A stretch of 63,972 bases of DNA, the filler included, from Dicyema japonicum (lineage: Eukaryota > Animalia > Dicyemida), in assembly GCA_011109175.1 (NCBI GenBank). It is 5 parts of 5 records of this genome, joined end to end, with 100 filler letters (N's around TTAATTAATTAA, not from the genome) between each part and the next. Parts side by side here need not be neighbours in the genome. Positions count along the whole stretch, not along the records: positions 1 to 29,641 come from RDEW01000151.1; 4 more parts are not named here. The stretch is one strand, 5' to 3'. Positions 1 through 10,071 of the stretch are shown piece by piece. Under the pieces are notes generated by a model, which did no database searches, was not told the origin of the DNA, and saw nothing but the letters and a program-made list of their open reading frames with translations. Numbering within the stretch: the stretch's first letter is position 1; each line of letters opens with the position of its first letter. A program made the position numbers and the translations under genes.

Positions 1-584
1 ATATAAATTGTTGACTCCGTAAAATCGAGATTTTAGAGAATATAAAGATTTATTTTTGATTACGTTTACTTCAATGTCACGGAACCAATTAAAACCAAAA
101 GCATTGGGATCGGTCGATGAAGCTCGAGAGGTAAGAGAATGGATTATGCTAATAGAAACTTGATAAGAAAAAGAAGAAGGAACTTGACAAAGAAACATCT
201 ATACAGTGTTTTTGGAGACTTGGAAATAAGGAGAATTTTACCAATCTCTCTCTACACAAGGAAAAATTTACGAATCTTGTGAATAGTGCATACATGAATA
301 TTTCAATGTTCGCATTAACTTATGTATGTGAATCCATTTTTAGCAAATGGTTCAAATAAAGAACAAATACCGCAATAAACTGACAGATATGCATCTAAGT
401 CAGTTGTTACGAACCTCGACATCTTCTATTGTACCAGCTTTTAAAGAGCTAATTGATTACTGGTTTATAAATTTACTTTTGCTTTCTTTTTAATATTAAT
501 TAAGTTTTGAAAAAATTGGCAGCCCTTACAAATAAAATAATTTATTGGTTTGGCCCCTGAGTCAAAATTCTTGAGATCCACTTG
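1..584 (+). mobile_element. hAT (Charlie/SPIN-like) DNA transposon, 3' part: transposase C-terminal dimerisation region and right end
   Basis: Translates to ...FWR...KEKFTNLVNSAYMNISMFALTYVCESIFSK, then after a frameshift IKNKYRNKLTDMHLSQLLRTSTSSIVPAFKELI, the hAT C-terminal pattern. Ends TTGAGATCCACTTG (TIR-like, reverse complement CAAGTGGATCTCAA). Candidate 25-nt intron at 131-155. Confidence 0.8.
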
Positions 585-771
585 TTTATATAAAAGCTAT
601 CTAGATTATCTCAAAGTTGAGAAAAACTGATAATTAGGGCGGGAATTGTTATATTTAGGACAAAAAATAGGACATAATTATTTTCAATGACTCTTCCTAA
701 CTACTTTTTATAATATATAATTGTTAACATTATTTTTATTAAAATTTCTCTTTTTTTGAGAGTTTAGTTTC

Positions 772-894
772 AATAGCTGGTGACGGTTTCCGCTCAAAAG
801 GCCTGGAAGTCGCTAGTTCGAATCCTGATACTGCACATTTCGGTTGAAGGTTCCACGCATCAATATGCTTTGGCTTGACGATTGACGCCGTCAT
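772..894 (+). mobile_element. tRNA-derived SINE, partial copy cut by a scaffold join
   Basis: B-box-like AGTTCGAATCC at 815-825, followed by a core (846-894) shared with the copy at 40193-40518. Confidence 0.6.
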
Positions 895-1223
895 NTTTGG
901 CCCCTGGGTCAAAATTCTTGAGATCCACTTGTTTATATAAAAGCTATCTTTTTTTTAAAGCACTCCCGGGAAATCAAAAATTAATTAGATTAATTAAGTT
1001 CCCCTTGTGCCACGTCCAGTATCCTCCCACACATCCTCTTCCATGTTCCCCTGTTCCGGGCCATTGCTCGTAGTGAGTCAAGATCTTCACCATTTCGTAA
1101 AGTTTTGTTTATTCGGATTAGGTNTCCATAAAATTGCTAGAAAATAATCATACCCCTTTTGTATAACATACAGCCCGAAATCTACCCCCTTTGCATACTT
1201 TTTGTTTAAGCACTCCCGGGAAA

Positions 1224-2078
1224 TCAAAAATTAATTAGATTAATTAAGTTCCCCTTCTGCCACGTCCAGTATCCTCCCACACATCCAGGCCTGTCACGGA
1301 ATGATCCCTTCAGTTGTGCGAAATGGTTCTCCATTGCAATGTTTGGTGGAGTCAACATATCCATTCGTAAGATGTGACCAAAAAGTCTCCACCTAGCCTT
1401 GAGAATCTCCTCTGATAATGGCCTTAAGCCACATCTTTTGTACAGTTCTGAATTTGATATCTTTTTCGGGAAATGTATTCTCAAGATGTTTCTTAGTTGA
1501 TTTATATGAAATTGATCCAGATTGTCCATTTCCCGTTTCGCAATCCCCCATGTCCCACAGTTGTATGTCAGGACTGGAACCACGAATGTTTTATACAATT
1601 TTAGCTTTGTATTCGTAGTTATGCTCTTCTTAGAACGCCAGATAGTTAAAAATTTTTATATGCAGCAGTGGAAAGGATTTTTCTGTGGGTAACATCTTCT
1701 GAGTCTCCAAGTAGTGAACCAACTGTTTTATGCCTTCTCCATGATTCATCGTAAGTGCGTACAACTCGTACATGTTTTGTATATTCAGTTTTGTCTTGGT
1801 TGACAACTAAGAACCATTTAGAAAAGGCATTTGGTAAGTTCTTGAGAACGTGATGAAGAATCAATTATCATGAACTCAGCAATATTGATTACATGAGTAA
1901 TAGGCATATCAAATGAGATGACCAAAGTCTTGGTTGAGGATTTAACGAAATAAGAAGTAAGGATGCCAAATGAACATTGGCAAGATAGCATAAGCGGTAT
2001 TGTGTCTTTGTTGAGGATACAAAAGGCCATGAGCAAAGACGCCCTAGAAATTTCCCTTCGGGGATCAAACGAGATCAT
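1224..2078 (-). mobile_element. RTE-clade LINE, RT C-terminal half (frameshifted)
   Basis: ORF segments include YKTFVVPVLTYNCGTW...RWRLFGHILRM, VNQDKTEY and LLGDSEDV, typical of the RTE RT thumb region. Confidence 0.85.
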
Positions 2079-2559
2079 AAAAACAAAAACTCAAATTGTT
2101 AAAAAACCAAAAAGTTAATTAAATTAAAATATTACTATTTAGAATTAGAATCAGAAACGGGTGAGTAAGTAATAAAGAGAGAATACAAGAGTGAATTTAA
2201 ACACAAAACATCTACGATCTCATTATTTGTAGCAGTTGTCTCAAACTCAAACTCAACTTTTTGTTCATATCCTGCGTCAGACAGTATGTTTGCCATTAAT
2301 TGCATTCCCTCGTTTACATCAGAGAAACTTTCAACATAGATGATCTCAACCTCCTAAAGACATCAAAAATCACTCATCACTTGTATTCCGCAAACTGTTT
2401 CCAAACTGAAACGAGAAAGAAGGCGAATTGAGAGAAAATCAAACTCTTAAACAACATCACCACCCACTTGGATACAAAATTAAATAAGTCGAACTCTTTA
2501 ACAGCGCTGTAACATTTATGGCTATTCGACTAATGAAAAGGGAGAACCAATCAGGAGAG

Positions 2560-3240
2560 CTTCTGCAAGACAGAAATGTAAAAAGAATAGAAACTGCTAC
2601 CGAACAGACAAAGTTCGGCGCATGACACTTTGAACAATTTTTCTTTGTGAAAGGAGAGAAATCTGACTTAGCAAGAAGACATCAAACACGAACGGATCAT
2701 CTTACCGGAGGAGGTCAGTAGAGTGATAAAGAAGCTCAAATTTGGTCGCTCTCCAGGACCAGACAACATATCCTCAGAACTGTTAAAATTTGGCCCAGCA
2801 GAACTTGCAGAGAAACTCTCAAGATTGCTGAATGATATGATAGCTAACAAGACTTTTCAGATTAATACCAGTCCAGATAGGATCTGTTGAAAACTTGAGT
2901 CCTGTCATCCTTCTAAACACCCTCCAGAAGATCCTTGACCTGATTGTATTTAATCGGATCCAAGAACCAGTTAACCGGTACTTGACTCAATGCCAGAGTC
3001 GGTTCAGAACAGAGATCAACAGCTGATGTATTATGGTTTCATGGGTGACATTGTGCTATTCAGCAAATACTCCAAAGTTCAATGATTATTCTTGGAATTG
3101 ATCTCATCAAGGCTTTTAACACTGTGCGTCTAGGAAAACTCATTTTTGAAAGTTTCCTGGATCAGGACTCGGTCACAATAATACGGATCTTCCTATCAAA
3201 CCAGTGTACCGAAAACTGTAGGAAATTCATAAAACTTGGC
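2560..3240 (+). mobile_element. RTE-clade LINE, RT N-terminal fragment
   Basis: Motifs EEVSRVIKKLKFGRSPGPDNISSELLK, RSTAD and ILGIDLIKAFNTV. Confidence 0.8.
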
Positions 3241-3289
3241 CTTTTTCTCGGGGACTCCGTAGACATTTCCAGATAAAAATTGTTATCTA

Positions 3290-3521
3290 CGGTGACCATG
3301 CAATAGTTTTTGTACGGATGGAGATAAAAGCGTCCAGTCTGCACNGTGTTGTAAACCCTTATGAGGGCGGAGTAAAATTCGTCTAGTTCTTCTGGATTGG
3401 CAGATGCCCTGATTCCAGTCGGGGCGTATATGTTGATGATTGTCACTGTAGAGTTTGGTTTGCTTCCCCACCGGATTTGCAGTACCGCAATCCTGTCTGT
3501 AACGACAGTGGAGTTTGACAA
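3290..3521 (-). mobile_element. RTE-type APE endonuclease fragment
   Basis: RIAVLQI...TIINIYAPT...LDEFYSAL. Confidence 0.75.
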
Positions 3522-3639
3522 TGTTAAATTTTTTTAAAAGCTACTGGAACAAATTCATTTGACTCGTGCATAAAATAAGAAGAATAAATCCTCTCAACTT
3601 GGCCATTTTTGGTTCCTTAGAATTTTGTAGTCAGGTAAT

Positions 3640-3875
3640 GCTTCTAAGCAAACTGAGAATCAGAAGAGAAGGAAGTACCTAAGCATTTCGGGAAATCATT
3701 TGTTTGTGCCATTGAGAAGTCAGGAATCTTTGACCGACAAGTGGACGATCAAGTCGCTTCAATGATTCAAAGGGTCACAAATGATTTATATGTGACAGGA
3801 TAGCTTCGAGAGCGTATCTCGATATCTATTGTCAGAGAAAACATCATAGCCATTCACGCTTCCTAAAGTGAGTGC
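3640..3875 (+). mobile_element. CRE-clade non-LTR element, 3' end (restriction-like endonuclease tail)
   Basis: QAENQKRRKY...LFVP.AIEKSG...LRERISISIVREN matches the C-termini of the other CRE copies in this window. Confidence 0.7.
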
Positions 3876-4099
3876 TCTTTTTTATATAACCCAAAATCAC
3901 CAACAGTTAATTAAAGGAATTAATTAATTGTTTAATTTCCCTTTTACTATTTAAAATACATTGGCTTAATAAATTTAAAAAAAGAAAAGAAAAAAAGCTC
4001 AAGTAATGTTCATTCTAGTGTAACAGTGCACGCGACATTCAACATTACATAAAAAATAACTCAGCCACATTTTTAAAGTCCAAAAATGGTGGATTCGAG

Positions 4100-5400
4100 A
4101 GGATATAATTTATCTTTGAAATTGTAGCTGACGATGTGTTCTTTTCGTTATTCATTGATCGATCTGAGACTTTCTAAAATGATTTTCTGTAACTTTTGTA
4201 TAAACAGAGAAAAACTGATGCTGTGTACTCCATTAGTTATTATTGATTTGGTCCATTACTCATTCCACATTATTACGACTTACATAGAATCACTATGCGT
4301 GTTCCTGGTAGGTGCTCCTCCAAGTTCTTTTAATTTTGGCCGAACCAGGATTCACTTACATCGCTCAGAACTTTGGTTTCAAATGTCACAAGTAAAACCG
4401 TCACAGCCCCAAGTCTCTACTACATTCATGTTGGTAGACCCAAAACAAGGAATCAGTCATATGGCATCTGATTTAGTAGACCGGTCTATTATAAATACAT
4501 GCCCTTCCTCTCTTGGTGGTTATCGACTGCCTTATCATCAGACAGTAGTCTCCGTTTTCTTATTACAAATCTTTTCTTTCAATGACTATTTTAAGGAGTT
4601 CGAACGATGTAAAGACTCAGTAAACCCAACACATTCCTATCATGCTACTCTGGACNCATCAGACAGTAGTCTCCGTTTTCTTATTATAAATCTTTTCTTT
4701 CAATGACTATTTTAAGGAGTTCGAACGATGTAAAGACTCAGTAAACCCAACACATTCCTATCATGCTACTCTGGACCACATAACCCAATCGTAGTCATGA
4801 TGTAGGTGATCCTCGATTTTACAATAAATATTATTATAAATAAAAATTATGTCGTCCTCATGGGATGACCATAATTGTGGATCATCATATTTTGCAAATC
4901 ATCAATCAACCTGTCAGCACTATCAGTCAAGCGGGAGTGTCTATAATTTACACAAATCAAAACCTTATGAGCATTCCCACTAAAATATGTACTTTCACCA
5001 AATCCCCACTATCAGGATTTACCAAAGAGGAGAAGTAGTTGAAAATATTTCCACGGTTTTGAGATGAATTCAACGACTTTGTCAAGTTCATTAGTAGGGA
5101 TTTAACAGTAAAGAAATCCGGATTTGAATCGACTAAGTCTTCATCCAAATATTCTGGACAGTTATTCCCTTCAGTTGTGGTGGATGGACACGATTGTGAT
5201 GACATCTTGTCCCCAAACATTGAGAGAAGTGATTGCTGAATCCTCTGGCCTTTCCGTCGGCCAAGTTTTCTTGGTTTATTCGGTTTTTTCGTAGAAACCT
5301 TAGATCGAATAGTAGATCTAGCCCCATGTGGAATAGAAGATGATTGAACAGATTTGAAAAATCTCATAGTGACCACAGGATCAGTTCTATCTACCATCAT
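4100..5400 (-). pseudogene. Possible degraded host gene of unknown product
   Basis: 147-aa ORF at 5400-4957; a 23-nt GT-AG intron (GTTTTGATTTGTGTAAATTATAG) extends the frame. Downstream there are stops and a weak small-GTPase-like stretch. Confidence 0.25.
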
Positions 5401-5629
5401 AAAATCAGGAACCGTGGTGAACTTTGTCTCTGAATTTGATTGAAATTAAGTTTTGCAGTTTCTTCTTTGGCATTAAATAAATATCAATCATCACTCATAT
5501 GACTCATATTGAGGTGATAATTAATTTATATTTATTTAATTATTATTTAAATTATAAAACTATTTATTATATCAAGGACTTAATCATTTGTGATAGTTGA
5601 TTGACGCGTCCCACTAACATTAATATGGT

Positions 5630-5965
5630 GTTGTGGCTACTTGATTAAAGATTTTTTGTGTTTCTTATGTTTCCATTTTAATAGAGTGGCGTCATGTGAT
5701 CTCCCTGTTTCGGGTGGCGCCCAATGCCAGGGTGGCATGAAAGGGATCACACTGTCTCTCCCACTCCAATGGAGGGGTTTCCACAACTGCATTTAATGGA
5801 TGTCTTCCATTTTTCATGTAGGTTGTGGATGGAATTGTATGATAATAATAAATAATAACGATTTATTAACAGAGCTTATGGATGGAATTGGACTCTGCTT
5901 ATGTGACTGGAAACTGGATAAACTTAATTTTTGTTAACTTATTTTTCGATATATCCGTGTTTAAT
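5630..5965 (+). mobile_element. Short interspersed repeat family A (pseudoknot core), copy 1
   Basis: Homologous to 31020-31345 (minus), 41029-41340, 46815-47110 and 63700-63972. Core at 5688-5750; A/T-rich 3' tail. Confidence 0.8.
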
Positions 5966-7189
5966 AATAATTTGTGGATTTCTAATGTCCATGAGGGGAA
6001 ATGATAATGGAGGACCTTGAAAATTTTTAGATTTAAACTACTCGACCCTTCACTAGAAATATTTCACGAAGAAAACTTACCTTAAGGAAATTAAGCTTAA
6101 AAATTCCAAAGACTAAATCTTGTTAACATCGCATACTTTGTAATTATTGATTGGCCTATTGACCTTCAATTAAAAAAACCAGAAGCTCAGATTCCGCGGA
6201 TCAGAACTGAGTCAATGATTTACTCTCGAATATTTCGGATCCATTGTGAGAATGGTCTCCATTTTCCTGATAATCAAATCATTTACACGACTAGCTTTGA
6301 TTCTATCAAGCTGTGGAACCAATCACGTGTATGCTTTCATTGGTTCCGGGAAAAGTATAAATAGAAGGATCAGCTTGTCCAGAGTATTGGAAGCTCACTC
6401 AGCTGATGTATGGGGGATGTCTGACTAGAAGTAGGTTGTGTTTAAAATTGCTGAAAAAACCGCCTGTTTTGAAGTTTTCCCTAATAAGTGACGAAAGTAA
6501 TAGCAACATCTTTCCTATACCACGTGACTACTCATGAGATAAAGAACGAGTCAAATTATTAGTTTTCTCCTCGTTAAACTTCATAGTCAAAATCTGATTC
6601 CTCAGGTGACTTCACTATCTCTGCGGTCACTCCACTCGATACATTACAAAAAAAACTAAGGGACTTTGTAAGATGCCTGACAGATTCGCATTGATTTTCC
6701 CGTCACTGGGAGACAAAGCGCTGGAGAACCCGTGGATTATCTGGATGGGGTTTCTACGTGTAAGTCTTATACGTCGTAATGAAGCTCTGGAAGTTATTCT
6801 CGAGAACATTCTCTGATTCAAAGATGATGATCTGACTCATTGTATTAAGACCATCGAACCAATAGGACCATGATAGCTTTACAAGGTGTAGCAGGGCATT
6901 CATCAGTTCGAAGGTGGAAACCACGTCTTTTAACAATATTAAAATCGGCCAAACAGGTCCACTGTCTGTCATAATAGCCAAAAATTTGAACATACAGTAA
7001 ACCCCCATTAATCCGAACTTCAATAATCCTAATTTTTTGATGATTCAGGAAAATTTTACCAAGATTCCATACAAACTGACTTCAAAAAACCGTAACTTTA
7101 TAATCCGAAAGACATTATTAATAATTTCGGATTAATTTATTTTGTTTTTATTTTACATTTAATTAAATTTACATTTTAAATTCTTATAG

Positions 7190-10070
7190 TGCCACAGGTT
7201 AAGTTATAAAATGTCATGTGGCTCGCCGACGACGTGGTGGCATTTGAAAAAAAAGAACCACACTTTCCCCTATCTTCACGGGTGGACCAATAAGGAAGGC
7301 CTGCGCCGCTGCGGAGACGTTGAGGCAAACCCTGGACCAGCCAGAATAGTCCAACTGAACATAAATGGAATCAAGAACAAAATACTCGAACTTCGGACAT
7401 TTGTGAAAGAAAATCACATTGATCTGTTGCTAATTCAAGAATCTAAACTTTCTCCAAAGAATTCAACACCAGTATTTCCGGGATTCACAGTAATTCGCCG
7501 TGACAGAATTGGCAAACTTGGTGGGGGTCTTCTCACAGTTATTCGCAACGGCATTCCGTTTGAGGACATAACCAACAGTGCTTACACTATGCTTAAAGGA
7601 TATGGAAATCTCGAACTTTTGGTTACCAAAATACGATTCCCAAGACTATCAATAACAATTGTCAACGCATATCTCCCACCACTGAGTTCCTGCTCGTCCA
7701 GTGCCCCCAGACTCACTCCTCTCGCGTCACTAAAGGATGTGATTATCTGTGGTGACTTCAATGCGAAGCACCCACTGTGGCTGACAGGACAAACCTACGA
7801 CAAAAGAGGGAAGATGATAATTGAGGACCTCCACAGCCTATGTATACTCAACGATCCTGCATCTCATACAAGAACACCTACTCGACGTAATGATAAACCT
7901 TCTTCTATCGACATCTCATTGTCATCACCGTCCTTGGCCCCACTTATTGACTGGTCAGTGAAGTATGACACCAGTAGTGACCACAACCCAATATTTTTGG
8001 AGGTCAAAACAAGGTCACGGATAAAAGGACAATGCCCAACAATAACTAACTACAGCCTTGCAAATTGGAAAGGATTCAAGGAATACGTCGATAATTGTAT
8101 TGGACTATTAAATTTCCCCACTTTTCCCTCCGTCGAACAATTAGTGAAATGGTTCAACTCCATTATAAACGATGCGAAAAAGAAGTACATTCCTATGGGG
8201 AGACAACCAACGTCATCAAAACGTTTTAACACAACGACGAAACATCTGATCGAGAACGAAACAATCTAAAGATGGTAAAATCGCCAACAGAAGAGAACAT
8301 CAGGAAAATACGAGAACTGAACAGAGAGATCGACAACAACATAAAGACAGAAAATGCAAATAGATGGACGAGACTATCGAAAGCTCTCTACAAAAACACC
8401 CCAATGCAAAGAGTGTGGAAGTGGATCAAAAACATCAAAAGACCCTCCCCAGAGAGAAAAGTCGAAGTCTACATAAAACCAGACACTCTGATAAAATATT
8501 ACACATCTATATCCTACAGGAAGTTTTCAAAAGAACACCAAGTATTCCTGAAAAAGATTGAACCGAAACGCTCCGATAACTGGATCCTATTTACTAGTCA
8601 GGATGTTCGCAGAGCCATATCTAAGGCCAACAACTCAGAGGCCAAAGGACCAGACAACATAACCACATGTGAACTGAAGCACCTAGGCCATCGAGCCCTG
8701 GAACTATTAGCCTATATATTCAACCTCTCCATTAACACAAACACAATCCCTGAAATATGGAAGAAGTCTCTAATCAGACCTATCCGAAAACGCAACAAAC
8801 CAATAGATGAACCATCTTCCTATCGCCCAATATCTATTCTAAGTCCGGTGTCAAGGATCCTTGAAAGGCTTGTTTTGGAAAAAATACAAGACTCAATCTC
8901 AATACCTCCGACCCAGCACGGATTCCGGGACAACCATTCGACGACAACACACCTTACAACCCTCACACAATTCATTGCGGAAGGATTTAACTCCCCCAAA
9001 CCCCATCAGAGGACAGTACTTATATCCGTGGACATCACAAAAGCGTTCGACTCAGTCCCTAGAAACTTCTAACAAAGAAAATATATGAAACCAACATCCA
9101 TCCGAACCTGAAACTTTGGCTAGGAAACTTCCTAAATGGAAGACGAGCACAAGTGCTCTGCAACAACATCAAATCAAGATCTCGCTATTTCCCAAATGGA
9201 GTCCCTCAAGGCTCACCACTATCACCCCTACTCTTCAATCTCTACATAAACGACATGCCACAAACCTGTAATGAAAACTGTCTAATCCTCTCATATGCCG
9301 ACGATATCATTCTTGCCTCCAAGGACAGAAACATTCAATCAGCGACTCAGTTGGCTCAACAAATGCTCGATAACTTGGAACTATGGCTCTCGAAGCGGAG
9401 ACTTGACACATCAGCAGCAAAGTCCTTTGTCACACTGTTTACCACCTACAAGAGACAGCTCTGTATCGAACCAAAAGTCTTTATGAAGAACGAAGCTATC
9501 TCTATTAACAAAACACCAAAGATTCTGGGAGTAACCTTTGATCAGGGACTCACCTTTATCCGGCATGTTGAAAACAGAGTAACTTCTGCTCTGAAAAAAT
9601 TAAGAATATTAAAAGTGCTCTCAAAAATATTTAGAGATCAATCTGGGATCCTTTCCACGATATACAAACAATTCATCCGACCAACGATGACGTATGCAAG
9701 TCCTTCATGGGCAATGCAAATGTCACGATCTTCCACATTGAAGTTATCTGCAATCGAGGAGACTGCAGTAAGGTTAATTGGACCAGATCACAACATCCAA
9801 CCTATTGAAAATTTTTTAATTGAGATACAACGAAAACTATTAAAGGAGGCTGTTCTACCGAGCTGCCCTCTATTCCAAATACTATCGAATTATCTACAAT
9901 CATACAGAAATTGTGAGCCGATGCCATGTCCTATGAGAAGAGCTGTTCAGGATTCTCGACCCCGCCGGACTCGTCCTCACCTTTGTCGGTCTGGGATCAC
10001 TTAGTTAGATGAGAACTTTTATTTCTTTCTCTTTGACCCAGTGATCCTGGGGGTAATAATATAATAATAA
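7190..10070 (+). mobile_element. Near full-length Vingi/Ingi-like single-ORF LINE (2A-APE-RT, no RNase H) with frameshifts near 8265 and 9070
   Basis: APE motifs QLNING, LIQESKL, GDFNAKH and SDHNPI; RT motifs YRPISILS, QHGFR, DITKAFD, GVPQGSPLSP and SYADD. The 3' UTR with (TAA)n tail is shared with the copy at 57300. No RNase H follows the RT. Confidence 0.88.
7313..7339 (+). other. 2A-like StopGo peptide motif GDVEANPGP
   Basis: Exact D(V/I)ExNPGP consensus immediately upstream of the APE domain. Confidence 0.85.
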
Positions 10071-10071
10071 N

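Noticed and set aside
6246-6990. GSGKS (P-loop-like) and LEAHSADVWG (WD40-like) words in short frames
   Set aside because: Single short motifs with stops nearby and no supporting domain context.
7189-7262. HDV-like ribozyme at the 5' end of the Vingi-like LINE (GTGCCAC/GTGGCAT 7-bp helix with a G.U base)
   Set aside because: No 3-bp P3 with a UCCUCG-type loop before the 3' arm, no GG for P1.1, no P2 partner, and the region is not conserved in the 47.4-kb copy. Probably a simple hairpin.
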